Source: a virus | Taxonomy: Duplodnaviria > Caudoviricetes | Reading direction: 5' to 3' (one strand) | Virus record (IMG/VR): IMGVR_UViG_3300049053_000110 | Location: 1-56,802 of that record | Length of the DNA stretch: 56,802 nucleotides | Shown: one piece after another, positions 18,135 to 27,236 of the stretch | Position numbering within the stretch: the first letter of the stretch is position 1 | Layout of the letters: each line of letters starts with the position of its first letter | The notes under the pieces: generated by a model | Told to the model about the DNA's origin: nothing | Databases searched by the model: none | Seen by the model: the letters and a program-made list of their open reading frames with translations, nothing else | Program-made: the position numbers and the translations under genes

Positions 18135-19067
18135 ATGAAACAAGCTTCAAATTTTGCAGACTCTTTGATTGGTTCAGCAATAGAAAATGTTCAAGCGGAT
18201 GCGGTTAACGAAATGCTCGATAAATACGGACTTAATTGGAACGTGAAAAAGGAAGGGCTTTATTTGCCTGGCAATATCGAAACTTCATTTTTTGGCATTG
18301 TTCGCGAGGATACAAATAATTGCTTTCAAACTTGCAAAGGTTCTTATGTGCCTTATCAGAATAAAGAGCTTGCGGAGTTGGTTTACAGAATAGGGGAAAA
18401 AACGGGCTATGAAATTCACAAGGGCGGCATGTTCAATGGCGGTGCAAAAGTTTACATACAACTGGAAACGGGCATCGTTAATGGCATAGGAGAAAACAAG
18501 GATAGTATTAAAAAGTACGTGACGGCAATCAATTCGCATGACGGCTCAACTTCTTTACGTTGGGGGCATACAAATATTACTATTTCGTGTCTCAACACTT
18601 TCAACGCCGCATACCGTGATGTTAAGAATAGCGCCAGGCATACGCAATCTATTCAACGCATAGTTGAACAATCATTAATGGAACTGGAAGCACTCGAAAA
18701 AGTTGAAAAGTCAATTTTTGATACTTATTTCAAGCTCGCTGAAACGCCTGTTAAAAAGGTGCATATTGAAGATATTGTTTTGCAAACTATTGACGTGGAT
18801 ATTTCGGTTACTAAGGACGTTTTAGAAAAGGAATACAGCACCTATAGGCTCAATCAAATGCATGAATTACTCGCATGCATTCAAAAGGAGATGAAGCAAA
18901 AGGGTGAGACGTTATGGGGGCTATTTTCGGGCGTTACCAACTACACTACGCATAAAATGAGTGCGCCAAAAAGAGACAACGGGCGCTTAGAAAGCAAATA
19001 TGTAGGCGAAGGCTTTCGGGTTGACAATGATGTTTTTGATGTAATAACGACAAAGTTTTTAAGCTAA
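18135..19067 (+). CDS. DUF932-family protein
   Basis: LNWNV, Y.PYQN, NSHDGS, C.NT and TLWGLFSGVT.Y motifs; promoter-like TATATTTA at 18081. Confidence 0.8.
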   Translation: MKQASNFADSLIGSAIENVQADAVNEMLDKYGLNWNVKKEGLYLPGNIETSFFGIVREDTNNCFQTCKGSYVPYQNKELAELVYRIGEKTGYEIHKGGMFNGGAKVYIQLETGIVNGIGENKDSIKKYVTAINSHDGSTSLRWGHTNITISCLNTFNAAYRDVKNSARHTQSIQRIVEQSLMELEALEKVEKSIFDTYFKLAETPVKKVHIEDIVLQTIDVDISVTKDVLEKEYSTYRLNQMHELLACIQKEMKQKGETLWGLFSGVTNYTTHKMSAPKRDNGRLESKYVGEGFRVDNDVFDVITTKFLS

Positions 19068-19075
19068 AGCCAGGC

Positions 19076-19098
19076 AAGGGGCTTCGGCCCCTTCTTTT
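19076..19098 (+). terminator. Rho-independent terminator
   Basis: AAGGGGC-TTCG-GCCCCTT followed by CTTTT. Confidence 0.75.
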
Positions 19099-19132
19099 CA
19101 TCAATCATTTATTCAACTTCAAAACTCATTTT

Positions 19133-19555
19133 ATGTTTATTCTAAAATTATATGATCGCAAAGGCAGAGAGTTGAACACGGGCGACATAGTAAAAATATC
19201 GAACGGCAAGTATTTTACTTTTTGGGCAGAGGTAAAGTATCTGCAAAAAGAAAAGGTTATCACTCCGTTCCATACGTTCAGTTTCCATTCCTTCGAAAAA
19301 GTTGACAAGGTTCCTGAAAATGCTACAAAGAGCACTGAGGATCGTTACAATATTTGGTATGTGTATCAGGACGAAGCAGAGGAAGATAAAGAAGCAAATA
19401 AATTCGAACAGTATTTGATGGATTGGCGCATATGCGAGCATTTGTTAGACGATAAGTGTTTTAGGATTGCTTTAATCGAAGGGAAAAATGTCGGCACTGG
19501 TTTTCCTCCAGGTGGTCCAAACGACGAGGCTGCGATGATAGCAGCACACGGTTAA
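19133..19555 (+). CDS. Hypothetical protein with YopX-like motif
   Basis: LYDRKGRELNTGDIV. Confidence 0.55.
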   Translation: MFILKLYDRKGRELNTGDIVKISNGKYFTFWAEVKYLQKEKVITPFHTFSFHSFEKVDKVPENATKSTEDRYNIWYVYQDEAEEDKEANKFEQYLMDWRICEHLLDDKCFRIALIEGKNVGTGFPPGGPNDEAAMIAAHG

Positions 19556-19644
19556 CGGCAAAGGGAGCACGAATGCTCCCCTTACTTGTCATTCAATTGC
19601 AAACACTTAAAAGCATCTACAAATGAGGTGCAAAGGTAGATTTT

Positions 19645-20340
19645 ATGGAACTAATAATAAATTTTTCTGGCGGCAAGGATAGTTCGGCAATGCTTGCTTA
19701 TCTGTGTGAAAAATATCCAGAAATTAAAAAGCATGTTGTTTTTGCTGACACCGGATGGGAACATAAAGACGCCGAGGCCTGGTGCCGACAAATAGTTTCA
19801 TCCTTTGGATTGGAATTGCATGTTGTTCGAAATAAGAATAAGACATTGTTGACTATGGCGGAACAGCGAGGCAAGTTTCCAGGCATGCAGCAAAGACAAT
19901 GCACCAGCGATTTAAAACGCGATCCGATTGCCAGTTGGATTCGAAACAATGTAAAAGATAAATTGATCATTAATTGCTTGGGCATTCGTTCTGAAGAAAG
20001 CAGCGGGAGGAAAAAACAAAGAAAGCTAAAGCGGAATAATCGGGAAACAAATTCAATGCGCACTATTTGGGATTGGGCGCCAATTAAAGATTGGACAGAA
20101 AAACAGGTCTTGGAATATCTTGAACAAAAGGGCATACCACTGCATCCCGTGTACAAATACCTGCATCGATTTTCTTGTCGTGTGTGTATTTTCATGCAAG
20201 AGCATGAGATAAAGGCTGTAAGCGAAAATGATCCCGAGGCAATTGATATTATTTCAAACGTGGAGAGGAGAATCAATTTTCACATGACACAAAGCGGCTT
20301 TATTGATGAAATTATCAAACGTCAAGCAATCGTTGCATAA
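19645..20340 (+). CDS. PAPS-reductase-family (adenine nucleotide alpha-hydrolase) protein
   Basis: PP-loop SGGKDS, FADTGWE, CT..LK, GIR.EES..R, PI.DWT, RFSCRVC. Confidence 0.85.
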   Translation: MELIINFSGGKDSSAMLAYLCEKYPEIKKHVVFADTGWEHKDAEAWCRQIVSSFGLELHVVRNKNKTLLTMAEQRGKFPGMQQRQCTSDLKRDPIASWIRNNVKDKLIINCLGIRSEESSGRKKQRKLKRNNRETNSMRTIWDWAPIKDWTEKQVLEYLEQKGIPLHPVYKYLHRFSCRVCIFMQEHEIKAVSENDPEAIDIISNVERRINFHMTQSGFIDEIIKRQAIVA

Positions 20341-20341
20341 A

Positions 20342-20551
20342 ATGAAGAAAAGAAGAAAAAAAGGAAGTGGCGGCTACCGGCCAGGAGCCAAGAGGCCTTT
20401 AAAATACGGAGAGCCTACAGAGATTGTTCGCTTCAGTATTCCCATTTCAAAGACAGATCAAGCTAAAGAGATTATGAAAAAATGGCTAAAACAATTCGAG
20501 GCGCCAAAGGTATCAGGTAAGCCTGACGGCTCTCAACATTATTCTTTATGA
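20342..20551 (+). CDS. Small basic DNA-binding-like protein
   Basis: GGYRPGAKRP..GEPT..RFSIP (RHH-like). Confidence 0.55.
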   Translation: MKKRRKKGSGGYRPGAKRPLKYGEPTEIVRFSIPISKTDQAKEIMKKWLKQFEAPKVSGKPDGSQHYSL

Positions 20552-21252
20552 CAGTATCGAGCGAATATAAAGACAGCACGGAGCTAATGCAGAAAATGGC
20601 AGCACGGACAAATGGAACGTGCTTGCTTGCTTTCAGCACAGGTAAAGATGCTCTTTGCGCATGGGTAGAGCTTAGAAAATACTTTCACACTATTATTCCT
20701 GTTTACTATTATCTGATTCCAAAGCTTTCATTTATTGAGCGGTCGTTGTCATACTACGAGGAGTTTTTTAAAACTAAGATCATAAGGCTTCCCAACACAA
20801 ACTTGTATAAAATGCTCAATTATCAGGTTTATCAAACGCCCTCGACCATAAAAATTATTAATGCATTCGCCCTGCCAATGGTCAACAGAGAGCAATTACT
20901 AGGGTATTTAAAAGAAGATTTAGGATTAGATAAGGAATGCTTTGTTGCCATTGGAAACAGAATGTATGACAACCTTGCCAGATACAGGTCAATAACAAAG
21001 TTTGGCCCTGTTAATCAAAAGAATAAAACATTTTACCCAGTGTATGATTACAAAATAGCAGATGTTCTAAGCTCTATAAAACAAGCAGGGGTGCAATTAC
21101 CTGTGGATTACAGGCTATTTGGAAAAACGTTCGACGGCTTGGATTATCGGTTTTTAAAGCCAATAAAAGAGCAATACCCCGAAGATTTTGAAAAGATCAA
21201 ACAATTTTTCCCATTGGTTCACCTGGAAATTATGCGCTATGAGCAACTTTAA
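20548..21252 (+). CDS. Divergent PP-loop/PAPS-reductase-like protein
   Basis: LLAFSTGKDA PP-loop; LPVDY.LFGKTFDG motif. Confidence 0.65.
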   Translation: MTVSSEYKDSTELMQKMAARTNGTCLLAFSTGKDALCAWVELRKYFHTIIPVYYYLIPKLSFIERSLSYYEEFFKTKIIRLPNTNLYKMLNYQVYQTPSTIKIINAFALPMVNREQLLGYLKEDLGLDKECFVAIGNRMYDNLARYRSITKFGPVNQKNKTFYPVYDYKIADVLSSIKQAGVQLPVDYRLFGKTFDGLDYRFLKPIKEQYPEDFEKIKQFFPLVHLEIMRYEQL

Positions 21253-21646
21253 AATTAAATACGGCAGTCAGGGCGGCAAGAAAAGCATTTTCGTTAAGCA
21301 GCCAAAGACTACCAAAATAGATTACCCTGGCGAGCCAAACTTAGAGGTTGATACAGAGGTTGAGTTAAATGAACTTCAAAAGCAGTTCAGGGAAAAGGCT
21401 AAAAAAGAAGCAGAGTTAAAGGAGAAAAACACGTCTTCCGAGTATTGGTCATGTATCATTTTTGAAAACCAAGAACAGCGGGACAGTCTTTACGAGCTTT
21501 TAGGGTTACGGGAGTCAGATAATCAGTATATAAACGGCAAAAAGCTTATAAGGGCACTAGAATTGAAAATTGCAGAAATAAATGAAAAGGCTCCAGGGAA
21601 ATTCAAGTGCAATAAAGAGTTGCTGGAGCTTTCAATGAAACCATAG
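21239..21646 (+). CDS. Hypothetical protein coupled to the PP-loop gene
   Basis: ATG 21239; SEYW.CIIF...QRD motif. Confidence 0.65.
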   Translation: MSNFKIKYGSQGGKKSIFVKQPKTTKIDYPGEPNLEVDTEVELNELQKQFREKAKKEAELKEKNTSSEYWSCIIFENQEQRDSLYELLGLRESDNQYINGKKLIRALELKIAEINEKAPGKFKCNKELLELSMKP

Positions 21647-21682
21647 TATTTTTATTTTTTAACCATTAAAAATTAAAGTTGA

Positions 21683-21772
21683 GTCAGAAGAAGAATTGAT
21701 TCTACGCTACGCCAACTTTCTGGGTTGAGCGGGCTGTCTTTAACAGGCAGGAGAGGCGTTACAGGTTCTTAA
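21683..21772 (+). CDS. 29-aa Arg/Gly/Ser-rich peptide with proposed GTC start (VRRRIDSTLRQLSGLSGLSLTGRRGVTGS)
   Basis: A-rich leader, then in-frame TGA directly followed by GTC; no ATG in frame. Confidence 0.55.
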   Translation, partial: VRRRIDSTLRQLSGLSGLSLTGRRGVTGS

Positions 21773-21824
21773 TCATTAGCAAGGCTCCACCATAACCGGT
21801 GCGAGCCTTTTCCAATTTACCACC

Positions 21825-22436
21825 ATGAAAAAGAAAGCCACCAGGAAAACCCCACCTAAAGCAAAGCCAAAAAGCTCTGCCAGGGGAAAACATGTGAAAA
21901 AACCTAAGCCGAAATCCACAAAACCAAAACCTCAGCATGTGGATAACGGCAGGAACGAGAAAGGGCAATTCGTTGCGGGCAACGCCGAGGGTCACCGTTT
22001 TGAAGAGGGGCATAAAGATTCTGAAAAGTGGACTCCCGAAACAGTAATACCCGTTATGGAAAAAATGCTCAAGCATCTTACTACTGATCCCATGGCAGAA
22101 GATGAAGGTGACAGTAAACCCATCAACGTGGTTAGAGCCAACGATATAAAGCTCGCCGGAGAAATAAGGTTGATGTTCGGGGTAACAAAACAAAGGTGGG
22201 CTGAATGGATGCAAAAGTTTAAGGATCATGCCGTTATTTCCGACCTCAGTGCGCAAATTATGGAAATCCTTGAGTGCCGTTTGATGTATTCAGGCACTTC
22301 AATGGACACATTTATACTTAAGAATCACTACGATTATACGGACAAGATCGATACTACTTCAAAGGGTAAAGAAGTGGGCACAGCATCATCTTTCCTTGAC
22401 CTATTAAAAGCAGCTTCCCAACAACCGAGTCAATAA
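21825..22436 (+). CDS. terS: Terminase small subunit
   Basis: Directly upstream of TerL; RNEKGQFVAGN and FILKNHYDYTDK motifs. Confidence 0.75.
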   Translation: MKKKATRKTPPKAKPKSSARGKHVKKPKPKSTKPKPQHVDNGRNEKGQFVAGNAEGHRFEEGHKDSEKWTPETVIPVMEKMLKHLTTDPMAEDEGDSKPINVVRANDIKLAGEIRLMFGVTKQRWAEWMQKFKDHAVISDLSAQIMEILECRLMYSGTSMDTFILKNHYDYTDKIDTTSKGKEVGTASSFLDLLKAASQQPSQ

Positions 22437-24057
22437 ACAACAGGCTATACAACAATTGGCCGAATGGCGCAAACCTGGTGGATGGAAACATTTCGCAAGG
22501 ATAGTGCTTGGCGTGAACCTCGATCCTGAACAGGAAGAGATACTCGATGCCGTTCAAATGCATAGCGCTGTGTCGGTTGCTTCCGGTACCGGTAGGGGCA
22601 AAGACTTCGTGGCCGCAGTTGCGGCAATGTGTTTTTTATACCTCACTCCAAAATGGAATGAGAAAGGCGAGCTGGTAGAAAACACCAAGGTAGCCATGAC
22701 AGCACCAACAGGCAGGCAGGTTAAGAACATCATGTTTGCCGAAATCTCACGCATGTTCAACCGGGCCAAGTTCTTACCAGGCAGGCTTACTGGCAATGAT
22801 ATAAGAACAGAAGATGCAGAATGGTTCTTAACAGGCTTCAAGGCCGATGATCATAATACAGAGGCATGGACCGGCTTCCACGCAGTAAATACATTCTTTG
22901 TAGTTACCGAGGCGAGCGGTATGCCCGAACTAATCTTCAATGCCATTGAAGGAAACCTGCAAGGCAATTCACGGATATTGATTGTGTTTAACCCCAACGT
23001 TTCCACCGGCTATGCCGCAGCTTCACAAAGGTCAAAGCATTGGAGGCATTTTAGGCTCGACTCACTCACGGCGCCAAACGTGGTGTATCACAAAGAGATT
23101 GCGGCAGGTACCTACAAAGCTATTCCCGCCCAGGTGGACCACAAATGGGTAAAGGATAGGGTTGAAAAATGGTGCATGCCCATTGCCCAAAGCGATTATA
23201 ATGAAGGCAAGGGAGATTTTTATTTTGAGATTGACGGCATAAACAGGCTATGGAGGCCAAACGATTTGTTCCGCGTGAAAGTCCGGGGCATGTTCCCCGA
23301 AGTCGGCGAAGATGTGCTCGTACCGCTCCACTGGATAGAGCTTGCCAATGACAATTGGCGGGAACACATGGAACAAGGATGGTCACACAAACACAAAGCC
23401 CTTCGCCTTGGCTCTGATATCGCCGGAATGGGAACAGATTCTACTTGTCACTGCTACCGGTTTGGAAGTTTTGTAAAAGAGTTTCGTTCTATCCACTCAG
23501 GAGGCACGGCAAACCACATGCAATCGGCAGGGCATATAGTTTCTGAATTACGTGCAAACACCTCAGAAACAATGCTTGCCCAGTCGTTCATAGATACAAT
23601 TGGCGAAGGTGCCGGCGCTTACTCCCGGGTGCTGGAAGTGTTGGAAGATGATGATATACTTGAAGTAGATAACCAGGTGCACAGCGTAAAGGCGGGAGAG
23701 CGGGCAGAGTATGAAGGCTCAGAGCTTACAGACTCCACCGGCCAATACTATTTTAAAAACATGCGAGCCTTCCTTTATTGGGCAATCCGCGAATGGCTCA
23801 ACCCTGTAAACAAGCACAAGCCATGCCTTCCACCCGATGATGAACTTGCTCAGGAACTAACAGAAACAAAGTGGAAGCTACTTAGTAACGGTATGATTCA
23901 GATTGAGCCGAAGGAAGAACTTAAAGCAAGGATTTCCCGCTCACCGGACAAAGCAGATTCTCTTTCACTCACATTTTACCCATCCGAGGACATACACCGC
24001 AAGGCAAGTCTATCGGGCAATAAAAAAGAAACATCTATTTGGAACAACTTTCAATAA
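22429..24057 (+). CDS. terL: Terminase large subunit (proposed GTC start at 22429; TTG alternative at 22456)
   Basis: Walker A SGTGRGKD, VVTEASG, nuclease motifs GSDIAGMGTD and SPDKADSL. Confidence 0.9.
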   Translation, partial: VNKQQAIQQLAEWRKPGGWKHFARIVLGVNLDPEQEEILDAVQMHSAVSVASGTGRGKDFVAAVAAMCFLYLTPKWNEKGELVENTKVAMTAPTGRQVKNIMFAEISRMFNRAKFLPGRLTGNDIRTEDAEWFLTGFKADDHNTEAWTGFHAVNTFFVVTEASGMPELIFNAIEGNLQGNSRILIVFNPNVSTGYAAASQRSKHWRHFRLDSLTAPNVVYHKEIAAGTYKAIPAQVDHKWVKDRVEKWCMPIAQSDYNEGKGDFYFEIDGINRLWRPNDLFRVKVRGMFPEVGEDVLVPLHWIELANDNWREHMEQGWSHKHKALRLGSDIAGMGTDSTCHCYRFGSFVKEFRSIHSGGTANHMQSAGHIVSELRANTSETMLAQSFIDTIGEGAGAYSRVLEVLEDDDILEVDNQVHSVKAGERAEYEGSELTDSTGQYYFKNMRAFLYWAIREWLNPVNKHKPCLPPDDELAQELTETKWKLLSNGMIQIEPKEELKARISRSPDKADSLSLTFYPSEDIHRKASLSGNKKETSIWNNFQ

Positions 24058-24063
24058 ACCACC

Positions 24064-25461
24064 ATGAACAAACTCGAACTGGACCAACTCATTAAAGCAG
24101 GCGACTTTAATAAAGTAAAACAGGCGCTGGAAAACGAAAAGCCGGAAGATAACGGACTTGCTGATGCAAAAAAGCAGTACGATGTTAACGAACACGAAGT
24201 AATGAAGCGAGAGGATAAGATGATAACCACTAATTCAGGAAAAAAATTAGTGAAGCTGAATAAGATCGGCCTCGACTTCCAAGTACTTATTTCTTTCCGT
24301 CACGCAGCTATATTGTGTGCAAATAAAATACAGCTTCTCGCCACTCCGAAAGATGAAGCCGAAACTAATTACTTGCAGGTTATACAAAAGTCGTGGGATG
24401 ATAATAAGCTCGATTACAAAACCATGCAGTTGGCCGAAATGATGCTCAGCGAAACCGAGTGCGCAGAGCTATGGTATTTGGAAGATATCAAAGAAGATAA
24501 AACTTATTGGGCCAACACTCCAAATGAGGGAAGGCCATGGCGCATGCGTTCCGCTATCCTTGCATCATCAAGAGGCGACGAGCTTCTTCCATCCTATGAT
24601 GATAAAGACAACCTTATTGCTTTTGGCCGTGGCTTTAAAATAAAAGTGCAGGGAAAAGATGAGGAGCATTTTGATTTATATACCGACAAGACAATTTACA
24701 AATGCGTTGTTGGTGTTGGAGGCAAGTTGGAAGCAAAGCAAGAGAATAACCTTATTCAAAAAATACCGATTATTTATTTCAAGCAGGCAAAGACAGCATG
24801 GGCAAATGTTCAAACACTTATCAGCCGGCTTGAGTTGCTGCTATCAAAATGGGGTGACATTAACGACTATAACGGATCTCCGATATTGGTAGGTCAGGGA
24901 AAAATAAAAGGCTTGGCCGAGAAGGGAGAGGATGGTAAAGTGTTCGAGATTGAAAAAGGCGGCAAGCTCGAATACCTGTCATGGGATCACGCACCGGAAA
25001 GTATTAAGAATGAGATTGAAACGCTAATTCGTTTGATCTATGTGCTGAGCAATACACCGGACGTTTCATTTGAAAACATGAAAGGGCTTGGTGCCACTTC
25101 CGGCTTTGCACTGGAAATGATGTTTATGGATGCTCACATGAAAGCCGCAAAGACTGAGGGCACATTTGGCGAAGGAATACAGCGCCGTATCAATTTCCTG
25201 AAACACTCAATGGCTCACATCAATGTAAAGTTTGGCAAGAACACGGCGCTAAGCATTAAGCCAAAATTTGAATACTTCATGCCGAAGAACATTAGTGAAA
25301 TGATTGACATACTCACTACTGCAGTACAGGGGGGCATCATGAGTAAAGAGACAGCTGTTTCGCAAAACCCATTGGTGAAAGAACCGGCGAAAGAGCTGGA
25401 AAGAATCAAAGCCGAGCAACCCACCGATGCAGAGAAATTGAATAATGATTTAAACGATTAG
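24064..25461 (+). CDS. Portal protein (SPP1 gp6-like)
   Basis: 465 aa after TerL; IPIIYF, SGFAL and MSKETA motifs. Confidence 0.85.
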   Translation: MNKLELDQLIKAGDFNKVKQALENEKPEDNGLADAKKQYDVNEHEVMKREDKMITTNSGKKLVKLNKIGLDFQVLISFRHAAILCANKIQLLATPKDEAETNYLQVIQKSWDDNKLDYKTMQLAEMMLSETECAELWYLEDIKEDKTYWANTPNEGRPWRMRSAILASSRGDELLPSYDDKDNLIAFGRGFKIKVQGKDEEHFDLYTDKTIYKCVVGVGGKLEAKQENNLIQKIPIIYFKQAKTAWANVQTLISRLELLLSKWGDINDYNGSPILVGQGKIKGLAEKGEDGKVFEIEKGGKLEYLSWDHAPESIKNEIETLIRLIYVLSNTPDVSFENMKGLGATSGFALEMMFMDAHMKAAKTEGTFGEGIQRRINFLKHSMAHINVKFGKNTALSIKPKFEYFMPKNISEMIDILTTAVQGGIMSKETAVSQNPLVKEPAKELERIKAEQPTDAEKLNNDLND

Positions 25462-25462
25462 T

Positions 25463-25705
25463 ATGAAGTATAAACTTGTCATAGGCTATTTAGTGGGGCA
25501 GAAGCGAACGGGAACAACAAGGGAATTTGTTCCTTCCACAACCGAGGAGCTAACGGAGCCTGAAGCAATAAAAAGAATGTCTGCTTTATTCTCATCAAGC
25601 CCCACGCTGAACTTTAAGATAGAAAGCTTTTTATCTACAGAAGATAAACCCAAAACTGTGTTGCTTGGTGAAAATCAGGGATGGCGCATTTATAAACTCA
25701 ATTAA
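25463..25705 (+). CDS. Hypothetical protein
   Basis: ORF track. Confidence 0.55.
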   Translation: MKYKLVIGYLVGQKRTGTTREFVPSTTEELTEPEAIKRMSALFSSSPTLNFKIESFLSTEDKPKTVLLGENQGWRIYKLN

Positions 25706-25710
25706 TTTTT

Positions 25711-26124
25711 ATGCTACCAGTAGATTTTAAACATAGAAACCTTGTACTCGGAAAGCCTCAGAGCATGACCGATGAAGAGTGTATGTCTCTTCCTGTGTGG
25801 TTCGATGGGAAAGGAAGGTTTATAAGCAAATGGGTATTGAATAAGGAAGAGCGGGAGTTAATTGCCAAGACAGGCGAAATATATTTTTCAATTGCAAGTT
25901 GTGCCCACCCACCAATTGAGCCAATGGTTGAAAGCCCATTCGATGAAAGTTTAGAAACTGCTAAACCAAGCGACAGGGTCCGTGCAACAATCCGGTTGCC
26001 AAAAGAGCAGACCGCCGAAGTGGAGGGAACCATTCAGGACCGCAACGGGTTAATCGTTCTTGTTACTGATGAAGATAAAATTGAAGTTCCTTTTTACGCA
26101 TGCATTGAAGCCTATTTCATCTGA
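25711..26124 (+). CDS. Hypothetical phage protein
   Basis: ORF track. Confidence 0.65.
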   Translation: MLPVDFKHRNLVLGKPQSMTDEECMSLPVWFDGKGRFISKWVLNKEERELIAKTGEIYFSIASCAHPPIEPMVESPFDESLETAKPSDRVRATIRLPKEQTAEVEGTIQDRNGLIVLVTDEDKIEVPFYACIEAYFI

Positions 26125-26321
26125 TGTGCGCCAAAGTACCATATCGCACAAAGCAGGAAGCCCGTGAAGTTGCACAAGGCATGGGTAGGAATGGCAGGGG
26201 AAAAATGAATGTGTATTGGTGTGAAGTCTGTGAATGCTGGCATATACACACCGCTGGTAAGTGTAAGGTGAAGCGGAGTAGTTATAAAGACAAGTATCCT
26301 TTCAAGTTTAAAAATAAATAA
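26124..26321 (+). CDS. Small zinc-finger-like protein
   Basis: VYWCEVCECWH. Confidence 0.6.
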   Translation: MCAKVPYRTKQEAREVAQGMGRNGRGKMNVYWCEVCECWHIHTAGKCKVKRSSYKDKYPFKFKNK

Positions 26322-26539
26322 TGACAAACTATTACTGCACTTGCCAACGTAGAGTTTTAAGTCACGGTGCAAAGTGCCGATGCATCCTTGTTCAATTTGC
26401 TTCATCATATATGACTGTATGGCGCGGCATAGATGCTTTTGGGGTGCCAGAGAGAAGCGAAATACTTTGTGTGAATGGATTAAACGAACCTGTTGCCGCA
26501 ATCAAAAACCCAATTATAAAAAATCAACCTCCTTACTAA
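26321..26539 (+). CDS. Hypothetical protein
   Basis: Coupled ORF. Confidence 0.45.
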   Translation: MTNYYCTCQRRVLSHGAKCRCILVQFASSYMTVWRGIDAFGVPERSEILCVNGLNEPVAAIKNPIIKNQPPY

Positions 26540-26820
26540 TGCAAAAACAATCAGTCGCTCACGTTCTATCCGGAATGACAGAAGAGCAACACGCAGAACT
26601 ATTTGCCACAGCAAAAAAGACATTGGGCATTGCCGAAACCAATGCGAAGTATGAAATACCTACGGACAAAGTGGATGAGATCGGCAAGTATCTTTTGAAA
26701 ACACAAAAGAATCATCCTGACTGGAAAAAAGATAAGGTGATGCGCAAAGCGGCTGAACATTTCAAACTCAAAAAGAAAATTCCGGTTATACCCGATGATG
26801 GGAATATTAGTAATCAGTAA
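26539..26820 (+). CDS. Hypothetical protein
   Basis: ATG 26539 coupled to the upstream stop. Confidence 0.6.
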   Translation: MQKQSVAHVLSGMTEEQHAELFATAKKTLGIAETNAKYEIPTDKVDEIGKYLLKTQKNHPDWKKDKVMRKAAEHFKLKKKIPVIPDDGNISNQ

Positions 26821-26831
26821 AACTTTATATC

Positions 26832-27236
26832 ATGCTAACAACAATTATTTGCACAACGAGCATTTTGCTCAACCTATTGCTTGTATTCGCAATCCGATAC
26901 TTGTTTAAAAACTATTATCCCAAAAAAGTAAATAATTCCGCTATGCATCTTCGTAGGGCATGTTACATGGTGCTTCAAGATGGGAGGTGGTCAGCCTACA
27001 CGGATAAGGGAGAACCCGTGCCGGGAATTAAGAAAGGGTCGGTGTGGATTTCTCAAGGCAAGGAAACTCTGAATGTTTGTTCACTTGAATTTTATGTAAA
27101 CATTTGCGGAAGTAAGGAGGAAATGTATCTCAGAATAAAACAAAGGGAAGAAAAGGAAAACGAGCGATTAAATATTACTAATCCCTTTTTACCCGGTTCT
27201 TACCAAGCAAACGAAATATCACCTAAGCAACATTGA
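26832..27236 (+). CDS. Membrane-anchored hypothetical protein
   Basis: N-terminal TM helix. Confidence 0.6.
   Translation: MLTTIICTTSILLNLLLVFAIRYLFKNYYPKKVNNSAMHLRRACYMVLQDGRWSAYTDKGEPVPGIKKGSVWISQGKETLNVCSLEFYVNICGSKEEMYLRIKQREEKENERLNITNPFLPGSYQANEISPKQH

Noticed and set aside
21512-21522. GAGTCAG inside ORF 21239-21646 as another GTC start
   Set aside because: Reads GTC AGA TAA, an immediate stop. It also shows that the motif can occur by chance.
21679-21699. TTG-start micro-ORF MSQKKN overlapping the GTC peptide
   Set aside because: Only 6 codons; the GTC frame gives the longer, compositionally coherent peptide. Not formally excluded.
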